In this document: positions 15,328-31,400 of the stretch, piece by piece | How positions within the stretch are numbered: position 1 is the first letter of the stretch | Layout: each line of letters begins with the position of its first letter | The notes under the pieces: model-generated | What the model was told of the DNA's origin: nothing | Seen by the model: the letters and a program-made list of their open reading frames with translations, nothing else | The model's database searches: none | Program-made: the position numbers and the translations under genes | Assembly (NCBI GenBank): GCA_028826165.1 | Contig: JAPDFW010000075.1 | Location: forward strand, 62,001-126,000 | DNA: 64,000 nt | Reading direction: 5' to 3' | Source of the DNA: Anaeramoeba ignava BMAN | Taxonomy: Eukaryota > Protista > Anaeramoebae

Positions 15328-18300
15328 TTAATTTTTGTTTGAATCATTTGAATTTTCTTTGAATTGAAAATCTTTTGTTTGATCCAAATCTTGAACATCT
15401 TGAATTTTAAATTGATTTGAATTTTTTGAATTATTTGAATTATTTGAATTATTTGAATTATTTGATTTATTTAAATGATTTGAATTTTTTGGATCATTTT
15501 CATGATATTTTTTTTGAACTGAATCGAAATATTCTAACATAGAAATTTCAGAATTATCAAATTGATTTTGTTTTTGGATGAATTTATTTGATTGAATAAG
15601 AAAAGCAATATTAGTCACACTATGAAGTCTATTTTTCAAAGAATCAAAAGAAGGTGATTGAGGAAGAATCATTAAAATTCCATAAAGAGTTTTAAATAGA
15701 TTTGGATATTTATTTGGTTCAAGTAAATGAATTCTAGTGTTTGTAAAAATTGGTGATTCAATTCTGTCTATTAAATTGTTCAATTCAATTAAAACTGGTT
15801 GAGTTATATCTTGATTTGTAAATCTTTTTACTAAAATGCTTGATAAATCATATGCTTGACAAACAAGGCATAAACTTAATACTGCAATTGGACAACATGT
15901 CCATGCTCGAAAAAGTACAATGAATAGGTTTTCTTCTTTTTCATTTGTTTCGATTTCTTTTTCTTTGTGTTCTTCTTTTTCTTTTTCGTTATTGGAATTG
16001 AATCCAAGTCTCTTTTTTAATTTTAATTTTAATTTTAATTTTAATATTAATTTTAATTTTAATTTCAATTTTAATTTTAATTTTAATTTTAATATTAATA
16101 TTAATTTTAATTTTAATTTTAATTTTAATTTTAATTTTAATTTTAATTTTAATTTTAATTTTAATTTTAATAATTTTAATTTTAATATTTTTAATTTTAA
16201 TTTTAATTTTAATTTTTAATTTTAATTTTAATTTTAATTTTAATTTTAATTTGAATTTTAATTTTAATTTTAATTTTAATTTTAATTTTAATTTTAATTT
16301 TAATTTTAATTTTAATTTTAATTTTAATTTTAATTTAATTTTAATTTTAATTTTAATTTTTAATTTTGATTTTTAATTTTAATTTTAATTTTGATATTAA
16401 TATTAATTTTAATTTTAATTTTAATTTTAATTTTAATTATAATTTTAATAAATTTTGAATTTGAAAAGTACTTGACAACAAAGTAATAATTTATCACGAA
16501 GAGGATCCAAAGCTTGAAAAGTCAATAAAATCAAATTAAGATTACGAATCATAAGTTGAGCGAATTCAATATTATTGTGAGATTCAAGCAATTTAGCAAA
16601 AGTACGAAAGACTTTTTCAGCATCAAGTAATTTACAAATTTCTTTGATAATCACATTCACTTTAACTTCAAAAAGTTCTGAATCCTCTTCAAACATTTTG
16701 AGTAATTGAGAAATAAATCGATTGAAATCTTTCTCATTATTTGATAGTTCACATAATACTTCAATGTTTGCTAATACAACATCGTTAGATGGATCAGTAA
16801 AATTCTTTAAAAGTGCTGAAAGTAATTCTTCTGAAAAACTTTCGAAAATTTCTGGATTTTTTTGATGTATAATTATTATCCATCTAAGTGCTGCAATTCT
16901 TGTTTGAACATATCTTTATTTTCCATTTTTAATTTTAATTTTAATTTTAATTTTAATTTTAATTTTAATTTTAATTTGAATTTGAATTTGAATTTTAATT
17001 TTAATTTTAATTTTAATTTTAATTTTATAAATGAATTTTAATTTTAATTTTAATTTTAATTTTAAATTTAATTTTAATTTTAATTTTAATTTTAATTTTA
17101 ATTTTAATTTTAATTTTAATTTTAATTTTAATTTTAATTTTAATTTTAATTTTAATTTTAATTTAATTTTAATTTTAATTTTAATTTTTCAATTTTAATT
17201 TTAATTTTAATTTTAATTTTATTTTCAATTTTAATTTTAATTTTAATTTTATAAATGAATTTTATTTTAATTTTAATTTTAAATTCAACTACCGATGTAA
17301 AAAATGAAAGGGAAGTTGAAAAATAATTGATTGGTCAGGAGAAGAATTATCAGAAGATTGACGTAAAGCAATCAAACTTTTATTAACTTTCTGGGAAGCA
17401 TTTCTAATATTTGAGTTTTCATGAGATAAACAAGGAAGAATTGAACGAATGATTAAATAAATAGAAGGAATAACGCGTTCATTTCCAATAGAAATCAAAA
17501 CATCAATCCATTCAATAGCAGTTTCAACAGTTTCATTATCAGTTGATTTGCAATAAATAACTAATATTTTTAATAACTTTTTATATTCAATCTCATAATT
17601 TTTATCCTTTTTATTGTTTAGTTTGTCTAAGAAATATCTTAATATTGATGATGCTTGTTGTCGTATCTCTATATTATCTTCAGAAAGCATTCCTAATATC
17701 CCATCTAAAAATTTAGGAAGAAATTGTAGCATATCAACATTCGGTACAACATCAAGAGTTTTAATCCAATTTAAAACCAAACTTTTAATGTTTCTTTTTT
17801 TTTGAAAAAAACCATTTTAATTTTAATTTTAATTTTGAATTTGAATTTTGAATTTTAATTTTATAAATGAATTTAATTTTAATTTTATAAATGAATTTTA
17901 ATATTAATATTAATTTTAATTTTAATTTTAAATTTAATTTTAATTTTAATTTTGATTTTAATTTTAATTTTAATTTTAATTTTAAATTTAATTTTAATTT
18001 TAATTTATAAATGAATTTTAATTTTAATTTTAATTTAATGAATTTTAATTTTAATGAATTTTAATTTTAATTTTGATTTTATTTTTAATTTTAATTTTAA
18101 TTTTAATTTTAATTTGAATTTTAATTTTAATTTTAATTTTAATTTTAATTTTAATTTGAATTTTTATTTGAATTTTATAAATGAATTTTAATTTTAATTT
18201 TAATTTTATAAATGAATTTTAATTTGAATTTTAATTTTAATTTTAATTTTAATTTTAATTTTAATTTTTATAAATTTTGATTATAATTTTGATTTTATAA

Positions 18301-18899
18301 ATGAATTTTAATTATAAATACAAGTTCTGTTTTCCAATTTTATCTTTCAAAACAGGAATTAAAGATTGAGCAGAAAAATTTGCAGTTTTTGAATGGTCTT
18401 TAACAATTTCTACGAGAATAGAATCCATAAGATAAGCAGCCTGCCTAACACTATCATCAGAATCATTAACAAGGGTACAAATTTTCTGGAAGGATTCAGT
18501 AAGAAGAATAAGAATAGTTCCTTTAGCAACTTTAGAGATATTATAAAAGGCTTCACAAGCCAAAAAACGGACAGAACTATCTGGATCAGCAAAACATTCA
18601 AAGACAGGATTAATCAGTAAACTTTGATACGGCGAAATTTCTCTTTGAAGTCCTATTGCTATTGCTGATAATCCAATTAATCCCCCTTTTCTTGAATTCG
18701 AATTTTGAGATCGAATGTAATTTAATTTTAATGTGTTTATTGTTGTTGTTATCAATTCTTTCCATTTTCCTTGCTTGAGTTGGCGCATTTGATTCAGTAT
18801 CTCTAATGCTGCTTGCTTACGTTTTTCATATGTTCGATCGTTAAGGTTTTTAAGTGTTGTTTGACTTAAAATTTGTTTATATGCTCGTTCATTACTCAT
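15328..18899 (-). CDS. VAC14: VAC14 scaffold of the PIKfyve/Fab1-Fig4 complex, 4 exons with (AAAATT)n-filled introns
   Basis: LNDRTYEKRKQAALEI, NSRKGGLIGLSA, DSSVRFLACEAFYNISKVAKG; C-terminal IESPIFTNTRIHLLEPNKYPNLFKTLYGILMILPQSPSFDSLKNRL (Vac14 Fig4-binding region). Confidence 0.96.
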
Positions 18900-19223
18900 T
18901 TTTATTATTTATTGTTTTTAAAAAAGAAAAGAAAAAAATGAAAAATGAAAAATGAAAAATAAAAAATAAAAAAAATTAAATTTGTTTTTGTTTTTTGCTT
19001 AAAATTAAAATTAAAAAAAAAAGAAAATAAAATCAAATAAGAGAAAATCAAATAAGAAAAAAATGAAATCAAAAAATTGTCAAAAAAAAAAAGTGGATTT
19101 TCTCATATTTGATTCTGAATTGAATTTTGAATTTAAATTTAAAATTGATTTTGATTTTGATTTTGATTTTGATTTAAAATTAATTTTAAATTTAATTTTG
19201 AATTTGAATTTAAAATTGATTTC

Positions 19224-22200
19224 TTAAAAGTTTTTTAATGTAGCTTTTCCCCATTCTTTAATAGATTGATTATTTGGAAAATTCTTTATAGTTTGTTTGA
19301 TTAATTCAACTCCTTTTAATTTTTTGATTATATTTTTATTCTCTAAATTTGAAGAAAAAAAATAATTTAAATTTAAAATGAATTGAAAAAAATTGTTGCT
19401 TTTTTTTTTACCAGGATTGAAAGCAAGATTGTTTAAAGCCCAACATCCAAATTGTTGAAGATTTTCACGATTGGAAAATTTACTCATTGTTTTAATTATT
19501 CTATCAATTCCATCGAATTCTCTGATTTTGATTTTATTCTCTTTTGATTTGATTTGTTTTGATTTGATTTGATTTGATTTGATTTGATTTGATTTGATTT
19601 GATTTGATTTGATTTGATTTGATTTGATTTGATTTGATTTGATTTGATTTGATTTGATTTGATTTGATTTGTTTTTTGTTTTTGAAAATAAATTTTAAGG
19701 AAAAAATAATAAAATGATTATTATTTACCATCATCCAAAGAAATATTAGATAAAGCTCCAATTCCCCAATATTGAATATCTTCATCAGTAGGAAAATTAT
19801 TCATTGCTTTGATAATAGGTTCAATTCCATTTAATTCTCTAATTTTGATTATAATTACTTTATTTTTGTTATTTTTATTATTTTTGATTTATTTTAGTCA
19901 TTTTTAATTATTTTAGTTATTTTTAATTACTTTCATTGATAGAAATATTCAATAAAGTTCCACATCCTTGTTTTTGAATATCTTGATTGTTTGGGAAATT
20001 ATTCATTGCTTTAATAGCAGGTTCAATTCCATTCAAATCAGATATTTTGATTATAATTTCTTTTATTTTATCAAAAAAATTTTTTTTTAATAAGATTAAG
20101 AAATCAAATTCAAAAAAACATCTAAAATATTAATTTACCATTACTAATATCAATATTAGATAAAATTGATGCACCCCATTTTTGAATAACTTGATCATTT
20201 GGGAAATTATTCATTGCTTTAATAACAGATTCAAACCCATTTGCTTCTCTTATTTTGATTTTATTTTCTATTTTATAATTTAAGATGAATAAAAAATAAA
20301 AGAAATAACCATTTATTGTTACCATTATTAATAGCAGAAGTCTTGAATAAGGTTTCAACTCCTAATTTTTGAATGGCTTGATCATCTGAAAAATTAATCA
20401 TTGCTTTTATAACAGCGCGAAGTCCTTTCAATTCTCTTATTTTGGTTTTATTTTCTGTTTTATTTGAATCAAAAATGAAAATGAATAAAAATAATTATTT
20501 TCATTATCAAAATATTAATAATTTACCTTTATTGATCGATAAATTCAATAAAGCCCAACATCCTTGTTTTTGAATAACTTGATCATTTGGGAAATCATTC
20601 ATTGATTTAATAATAGGTTCAATTCCATTGAGTTCCCTTATTCTGATTTGATTTTCTATTTTTTATTATTTGTGTTATTTTGTTTTTTTAAAATGGAAAT
20701 AGTTTATTAAAGAAATGAGTTGATTAACTAAAATTTTTACTGTCATTAACAGAAATATTCCTTAAAACCGAACATCCATTATTTTGAATATCTTGAATGT
20801 TTGGGAAATTGTTCATCGCTTTAATAATAGGTTTTATTCCATTTAATTCTCCGATTTTGATTTGATTTTCTATTTATTATTATTATTATTATTTTTTTTG
20901 AATATTTATTCAAGAAATGAAAATAATTAAAAATTGAGATCATTATCAAAATAATTATGTACGATTAATAGAAGAAATATTGGATAAGGCAGCAATTCCC
21001 CAATATTGAATATCTTGGTTAAAAGGGAAATGATTCATTGCTTTGATAATAGGTTCAACTCCATTAAATTCTGCAACTTTGAGTTGATTTTCTATTTTTT
21101 TTTTTTTGATATTTTGTTTTTTAAAAAATATTTATTTAAATATTTAAATATTTAAATATTTAATTACCTTTGTTAACAGCAATATTAGATAAAGTCCAAC
21201 ATCCTTGTTTTTGGATATCTTGATTATTTGGGAAATTATTCATTGATTTAATAATAGGTTCAATTCCATTTAATTCAGATATTTTGGTTTGATTTTCTAT
21301 TTTTTTGATTTTGATATTTATTTAGAAAATTTGGAAATTAAATTATTTAAAATTAATTGAATTATTTATTTAATTACCTTCATTAACAGCTAAATATATT
21401 AAAGCTTCACATCCCTGTTTTTGAATAACTTGATTATTTGGGAAATTATTCATTGCTTTGATAATTGGTTCAATTCCTTTTAATTCAGATATTTTGATTT
21501 GATTTTCTATTTTTTTGTTTTTGATATTTATTTAGAAAATTTGGAAATTAAATTATTTAAAATTAATTAAATTATTTATTTAATTACCTTCATTAACAGC
21601 AATATTAGATAAAGCCCAACATCCGTTATATTGAATATCTTGATTATTTGGGAAATTATTCATTGATTTAATAATAGGTTCAATTCCATTTAATTCAGAT
21701 ATTTTGATTTGATTTTCTATTTTTTATTTTTTGATATTTATTTAGAAAATTTGGAAATTAAATTATTTAAAATTAATTGAATTATTTATTTAATTACCTT
21801 CATTAACAGCTAAATATATTAAAGTTCCACATCCCTGTCTTTGGATATCTTGATTGTTTGGGAAATTATTCATTGCTTTAATAATAGGTTCAATTCCTTT
21901 CAATTCAGATATTTTGATTTGATTTTCTATTTTGTTTTTGATATTTATTTAGAAAATTTGGAAATTAAATTAATTAAAATTAATTGAATTATTTATTTAA
22001 TTACCTTTATTAACAGCAATATTAGATAAAGCTCCACATCCTTGTTTCTGAATATCTTGATTATTTGGGAAATTATTCATTGCTTTGATAATAGATTCAA
22101 TTCCTTTTAAATCAGATATTTTCATTTGATTTTCTTTTTTTTGATTTTGATATTTATTTAGAAATTGGAAATGAATAAAAAACAGTTTGATTATCAAAAT

Positions 22201-25200
22201 ATTATTGATTTACCTTCATTAACAGCTAAATTTAATAAAGCTCCACATCCGTTATTCTGAATATTTTGATTATTTGGGAAATTATTCATTGCTTTGATAA
22301 TAGATTCAATTCCTTTTAATTCTCTGATTTTGATTTGATTTTCTTTTTTTTGTTTTTGATATTTATTTAGAAAATTTGGAAATTAAATTATTTAAAATTA
22401 ATTGAATTATTTAATTACCTTTATTAAAAGCAATATTAGATAAAGCTCCACATCCTTGTTTCTGAATATCTTTATTGTTTGGGAAATTATTGATTGATTT
22501 GATAATAGATTCAATTCCTTTTAATTCTCTGATTTTGATTTGATTTTCTTTTTTTTGATTTTGATATTTATTTAGAAAATTGGAAATGAATAAAAAATAG
22601 TTTGATTATCAAAATATTATTGATTTACCTTCATTAACAGCTAAATTTAATAAAGCTCCACATCCGTTATTCTGAATATTTTGATTTTTTGGGAAATTAT
22701 TGATTGCTTTGATAATAGATTCAATTCCTTTTAATTCTCTGATTTTGATTTGATTTTCTATTTTTTTGTTTTTGATATTTATTTAGAAAATTTGGAAATT
22801 AAATTATTTAAAATTAATTGAATTATTTAATTACCTTTATTAAAAGCAATATTAGATAAAGTTCCACATCCCCTTTTTTGAATATCTTGATCATTCAAGA
22901 AATTATTCATTGCTTTAATAATAGATTCAATTCCATTTAATTCAGATATTTTCATTTTATTTCCTTATTTTTTGTTTTGATATTTATTTAAGAAATTGAA
23001 TAAAAAATAGTTTGATTATCAAAATATTATTGATTTACTTTCATTAACAGCTAAATTTAATAAAGCTCCACATCCCCTTTTTTGGATAATTTGATCATTC
23101 AAGAAATTATTCATTGCTTTGATAATAGATTCAATTCCTTTTAATTCTCTGATTTTGATTTTATTTTCTTATTTTTTGTTTTTGATATTTATTTAGAAAA
23201 ATGAATAAAAAATAGTTTCATTATTAAAATATTAACTATTATACCTTTAATAGCAGAAATATTCAATAAAGCTCCACATCCTTGTTTTTGAATAATTTGA
23301 TTATTTGGGAATTTATTCATTGCTTTAATAATAGATTCAATTCCTTTCAATTCTCTGATTTTGATTTGATTTTCTATTTTATTTTTTTTGATTTTGATAT
23401 TTATTTAGAAAAATGAATAAAAAATAGTTTCATTACTAAAATATTAACTATTATACCTTTAATAGTAGAAATATTAGATAAAGCTCCACATCCTTGTTTT
23501 TGAATAATTTGATCATTTGGAAAATTATTCATTGCTTTAATAATAGATTCAATTCCGTTGATTTCCATTATTATGATTTTATTGTCTATTTTTGTTATTT
23601 TTTTTAAAAAAATGGAAATTAAATTAAATTGAAATTTTTGGTTTATTTATCATTTTTTACTATCATTAACAGAAATATTCCTTAAAGCCCAACATCCATT
23701 GTTTTGGATAAATTGATCATTTGGGAAATTATTCATTGCTTTAATAATAGATTCAATTCCTTTTAATTCTCTTATTTTGATTTGATTTTCTATTTTATTT
23801 TTATTGTTTTTGATATTTATTTAAAAAATTGAAGAAATATAATAAAAATATTATTGATTTACCTTCATTAACAGCTAAATTCAATAAACCCCAACATCCT
23901 TGTTTTTGAATATTTTGATCATTCAGGAAATTATTCATTGCTTTAATAATAGATTCAATTCCTTTTAATTCTCTTATTTTGATTTGATTTTCTATTTTTT
24001 GTTTTTTGATTTTGATATTTATTTAAAAAATTGAAGAAATATAATAAAAATATTATTGATTTACCTTCATTAACAGCTAAATTCAATAAAGCTCCACATC
24101 CGTTATTTTGAATATTTTGATCATTTGGAAAATTATTCATTGCTTTAATAATAGATTCAATTCCATTCAATTCTCTTATTTTAATTTTATTGTCTATATT
24201 TTTTTTTTGATATTTATTTAGAAAATCAATAATTTAATCAAAATATTATTTAATTACCTTTGTTAATAGCTAAATTTAATAAAGCTCCACATCCACTATT
24301 CTGAATATCTTTATTGTTTGGAAAATTATTCATTGATTTAATAATAGATTCAATTCCTTTTAATTCTCTTATTTTGATTTGATTTTCTATTTTTTGTATT
24401 TATATAAAAAAATGAAGAAATAATTATAATAAATGAAAAAAAAAACAATTCATTGTTTACTTTCATTAATAGAAATATTCCATAAAATTCCACATCCTTC
24501 ATATTGGATTTGTTGATTATTTTGGAAATTGTTTATCGCTCGAATGATTGGGTTAACTCCTTTGGATTTTCTAATTTCATTTCCATTTTCTATTTTTGAT
24601 TTTTCAGTAATAAAAATAAGAAAAGATTAATAAATAATTTATTAAAATTTGATTAAAGTAATGGAATTGAAAATTGTAAGATTTGCCTTGATTTAAACTA
24701 AGTTTATTTAAAACTCGAATCGATTGATATTGAATGTTTTGGTTATTTGGAAAACTGTTCATTGAATTAATTATTGCTTCAATTCCTTTCATTTCTCGAA
24801 TTTCTATTTTGTTTTCTTTTATTTATTAATTTATTTATTTTTAATTTAAATGAAAAGAAAACAAAAACAAAACCAAACTTTACCTGAATTAATTGCAATA
24901 ACATCCAAAATTGAAATGGCTTTTTCATGGATAATTTGATTATTTGGGAAATTATTTATTGCTTTAATAATAGTATGTATTCCTTGTAAATTTTGATATT
25001 CTTCTTCTTTTATTTATTTAAAGAAAAGATGATAAAAAAAATGAGAATTTAATTTAATTTAATTTGATTTGATTTGATTTGATTTGATTTGATTTGATTT
25101 GATTTAATTTTTTAATTTAATTTGATTTAATTTAATTTGATTTGATTTAATTTGATTTAATTTGATTTTAATTTAATTTGATTTGATTTAATTTAATTTA

Positions 25201-25669
25201 ATTTGATTTGATTTAATTTAATTTGATTTGATTTGATTTAATTTGATTTGATTTGATTTGATTTAATTTAATTTAATTTGCGGAATATTAAATAGATTTA
25301 CCTTTATTTTCTGTTATCATCTTGTTTAAAGCAAAACATCCATTTTCTTGAATTTTTTCATTTAACGAAAATTGATTCATAGATTTTATAATTTCTTGAA
25401 TGGAAGTTGATTCTAAATTAAAAAGCAAAAGTGAAAAAGCAAAAATTAAAATTTAAATTAAATTAAAAATTAAATTAAATTTTACTTTCTTTTCCTTTTA
25501 AAAATGATTCTAAAAAGTTTTCTGCTTTTTTTTCTTCTTCTGTTTTTGTTTTTTGATTCTCAAATTTTCTAGTAACTTCATTTAATCTTTTTTCAAGTTC
25601 TTCAATTTTTTCATCTTTTTCATTAATTTTTGTTAAAAGTTGTTGAATTTGTTTTTGGATTTGTTCCAT
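19224..25669 (-). CDS. Armadillo-repeat protein: N-terminal coiled coil plus about 28-29 ARM repeats, about 30 exons, one repeat per exon
   Basis: Repeated exons of about 129 bp, e.g. 21588-21716 = (E)NQIKISELNGIEPIIKSMNNFPNNQDIQYNGCWALSNIAVNE, separated by mostly 60-85-bp phase-1 introns. The GCxALxN(I/L)A motif is ARM helix 3. Confidence 0.9.
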
Positions 25670-25960
25670 TTTAATTAAAAAAATAAGAAAATGATTATCA
25701 AAAATAAAAAGTTTTTTGTTGTTTCTAATTTAAAAAAAAAAGAAGAAAAAGGAAAAATAAAATTAATTAAAATTAATTAAATAAAATAAAATTTTTACTT
25801 TTTTTTTTATCAAATAAATGAAAAAAAAATGAAAAAGAAAGTGTCCAAAAAAAAAAGTTTAATTAAAATTTTTTGGAATTTTTTTAATTAAATTACTTAA
25901 AAATATTAAAAAAATTTTAATCACAAAATATAATTTTACTTATTTAATTTAATTTAATTT

Positions 25961-27752
<1,792 letters not shown>

Positions 27753-28485
27753 TTCTTTTTTATTATTTTATTTTTATCTTTTTAATTTTATTTATTTCAA
27801 ATTTTTTTAATAAATTGTTTTTTGTTTTTGTTTTAAAAATAATAAAAGATCGTTAAATTATTTTTTGTTTTTTGTTTTGTTTTGTTTTGTTTTGTGTTTC
27901 TGTTATAAAAAATAATAAAAGAAATAATAAAAGAAATAATAAAAAAATGAAAAAAATGAAAAATGAAAAAATGAAAAAAGAAAAATTAATTTTTTTGATT
28001 TTGTTTTTTTTATTAAATTTTTTGATTAAAAATTAAAATAAAAAATAAAAAGAAAATATTTTGATATTAAATTGTAAATTAAATTATAAATTAAATTGTA
28101 AATTAAATTATAAATTAAATTATAAATTAAATTATAAATTAAATTGTAAATTAAATTGTAAATTAAATTAAAAATTAAAATTGTAAATTAAATTAAATTG
28201 TAAATTAAATTGTAAATTAAATTATAAATTAAATTGTAAATTAAATTGTAAATTAAATTGTAAATTAAATTATAAATTAAATTGTAAATTAAATTGTAAA
28301 TTAAATTAAATTATAAATTAAATTGTAAATTAAATTGTAAATTAAATTGTAAATTAAATTGTAAATTAAATTGTAAATTAAATTGTAAAATTAAATTTAA
28401 ATTAAATTGTAAATTAAATTGTAAATTAAATTGTAAATTAAATTGTAAATTAAAATTGTAAATTAAATTAAATTTGAAATTTGAA

Positions 28486-31400
28486 TTATTTTTGTTTTTT
28501 TGATCTTTTGTTTAATCTAATTGCATTTTTTGGTTCATCATCTTTTTTATTTTTTGTTTTATTTTTTTTGATTTGATTTTTATTTTTTGATTTCTTTTTT
28601 GGTTTTTCACTTGAATATTCACTTGATTTTTCACTTGATTTTTCACTTGATTTTTCATTTGATATTTCACTTGAATATTCACTTGATGTTTCTTTTTGTT
28701 TTTTTGTTTTATTTTTTTTAATTTTTTTTCTTTTTGGTGATTTTTTTCTTTTTTTTAAATTAGATTTTAATTTAGGTTTGGATTTAGGTTTGGATTTAGG
28801 TTTGGATTTAGGTTTTGATTTTGATTTTGATTTTGATTTGGATTTAGATTTAGATTTAGATTTTGATTTAGATAATGATTTAAAAGGAGATTTAAAAGGA
28901 GATAATTTTGCTGGTGTTTCTAATGGTGTTTCCCATGGTGTTTTTAAATATGATTTAATTGCTGAATTTTTTGGTGTAAATTTTTTACTTGTTGTTTCTT
29001 TCAAAATAAAATTATTTGGTAAATATCTTTGAATAATTTCTTCTGATCTTTCAAATAAATTTTTAGGTAATGCAATAATTTCACTTTCAGAATTTAAATC
29101 TCTTTGATTTTGTTTGGTTTTCTTTTCAAGAATAATTGAACAAATTTCACTAACAATATGAATATTATGATTTTCTTTTTCTTGTGAATCTTTCATCATC
29201 ATTATTGTTGAAATTATATTTTTCATTAATTGATAATTATTCTTCACAAATTCAAAAAATATCTTCAAATATTCACTAATCATTTCATATTTGTTTTTTG
29301 AATCTTCTTCAAATTTTCTATGATGTGAAATTGTGTGTATTAAATGTGCTAATACAAATTCTGGAATAACTGAATATTTGATCATCATATATTTATTATT
29401 TTCTTTTTTATCTTTCTTTTTCATTGTTTTGTTTAAATATTCCATATATTCTTCTCGTGTTTTGATTATAATTTGAAATTTGGTTTCAATTATTTTTCTG
29501 ATTTCTTCTTCTTCTTTATCTAAATATTCTTCTTTAGCTTCTTTATTCATCATTTCAATATAAATTATCATAAATTTACTTGAAATTTCATACTTCATTA
29601 ATTTATTAAATATAAATTTGATTAATTTCTTTTTTTCTTCTTTTTCTTTGATTTTATTAATACTCCATATTATTTCTTGAAATTGTTTTGGTGTTAAAAT
29701 ACGTTCAGTATTTCTTAATTTGCAAACATTTAAAATTTGTTTTATTATTCTGAATGTAATTTGTTTATATGATTTTTTTTCAAAAATTTCATTTTCATTT
29801 TCAATTTCAATTTCCATTTTTTCTTGATTATTATTGTTATTATTGTTATTTTCTTTATTTTCTTTATTTTCTTTATTTTCTTCTTCTTGATTTATTTTCT
29901 CAATAATATTAAATAATTTGGTTTTAAATATATTTTTGATTTGATTTTCAATTTTAATTATTGTTTCTTTTGTTGGGTTTTTTTGATTTAATTTTTCTAA
30001 TCCAATTATTTTTGAAACAAATATTTCAATTCCAATCATTTTAATTTCTGTTATTAATTTTTGGTTTTCATTTTCATTTTCATCTTCATTTTCATTTTCA
30101 TTTTCATTTTCATTTTCATTTTCATTTTTCCAATTTATTAATCTTTGTTCAATTATTTCATAAATTTCTTCTCCTTCTTCTTCTTTGTTTATTTTTTCAA
30201 TTCCAATACTTGAAATATATGAAAATGCTTTTAATAAACTTATTAAATTATTATCAATTTTCTTTAAATCAATTTTCTTTAATTTTGGTTTAATTTCATT
30301 TTCAGTAATTTTCAAAAAAATTTCTTCATAATCTGGAAATATTTTATGAATACATTTAGCACTTAATTTGGAATATTTATTCATTTCTTTTTGTTTTCTT
30401 ATTGTAATTTTGTTTTTGTTTTTATATTTGGATTTTATTAATTTTTCAAGTTGTTTTTTCAATAAATTCATTTTTTCATTTTGATTTTGTTTAAATATAT
30501 TTCCAATTCTTTCAATAATTTTAAGTATTTCTTTCAAATAATCTTTTTCTTCTTCTTTTTCATCTTCTTTTTCTTGATTTAATTTATTTTCAATTTCTTT
30601 AATGATAATTTTTGTTAATTCATTTATTGAATCTTCAAAAAATGCTGGAAATATTTCTGTTATTTTTTTCAAAAATGTTAAACAATTTTGTTTTTGTTTT
30701 TGATTTTGATTTGAATTAAGTAATTTTTTGGTAATATTTTTAATATCTGAAAATAAAATTAATCTTGTTGATAAATAATTTAAAAGTTGTCTAATATTTT
30801 CATTGATTTTTGTTTCATTTTCATTTTCATTTTCATTTTCATTAATTTGATTTAATTTTTTAATTGATTCATGAATAGTATTTATTGATGAAAAAGGTGA
30901 TGAAATAATTTCAAGTTGTTTTTTGAATTTATTTTTGTTTTTACTTTTTAAAATTGAATAAAGAGCTTCTTGAATATTTGATGATTCAGGTAAATTAGTT
31001 TCAAGGATTGAAATTAATTGTTGTGAAATTGTTTTATTTGATTTTTGTGAAAATTCTTGAATAAGTTGCATTAATGTAAATTGTGTTTTAATCATTTTCC
31101 AAAATAATTCTTTTGTGTTTTTGTTAAATTCTTTTGTAAATTTTTGATAATTTAGAAACATATGAATATTCAATACAAAATTACAATGTTGTTTTTTTGT
31201 TAATTCTTCAGGAATTAATACTGAACAAATTGCTTTATGTGTTAAATATTTGGTTTTAGATTCTTTTTGTATAAAAAGATTGATAATTTTAGGTATAATA
31301 AATGATAAATTTGAATAATTTTGATTTTGATTTTGATTTTCATTTTCATTTTCAATTTGATTTTCATTTTCAATTTGATTTTCAATTTGATTTTCATTTT

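Noticed and set aside
19400-24600. Regular repeat/spacer periodicity resembling a CRISPR array
   Set aside because: The repeats are 129-bp coding exons and the spacers are spliceosomal introns; there are no cas genes and the context is eukaryotic.
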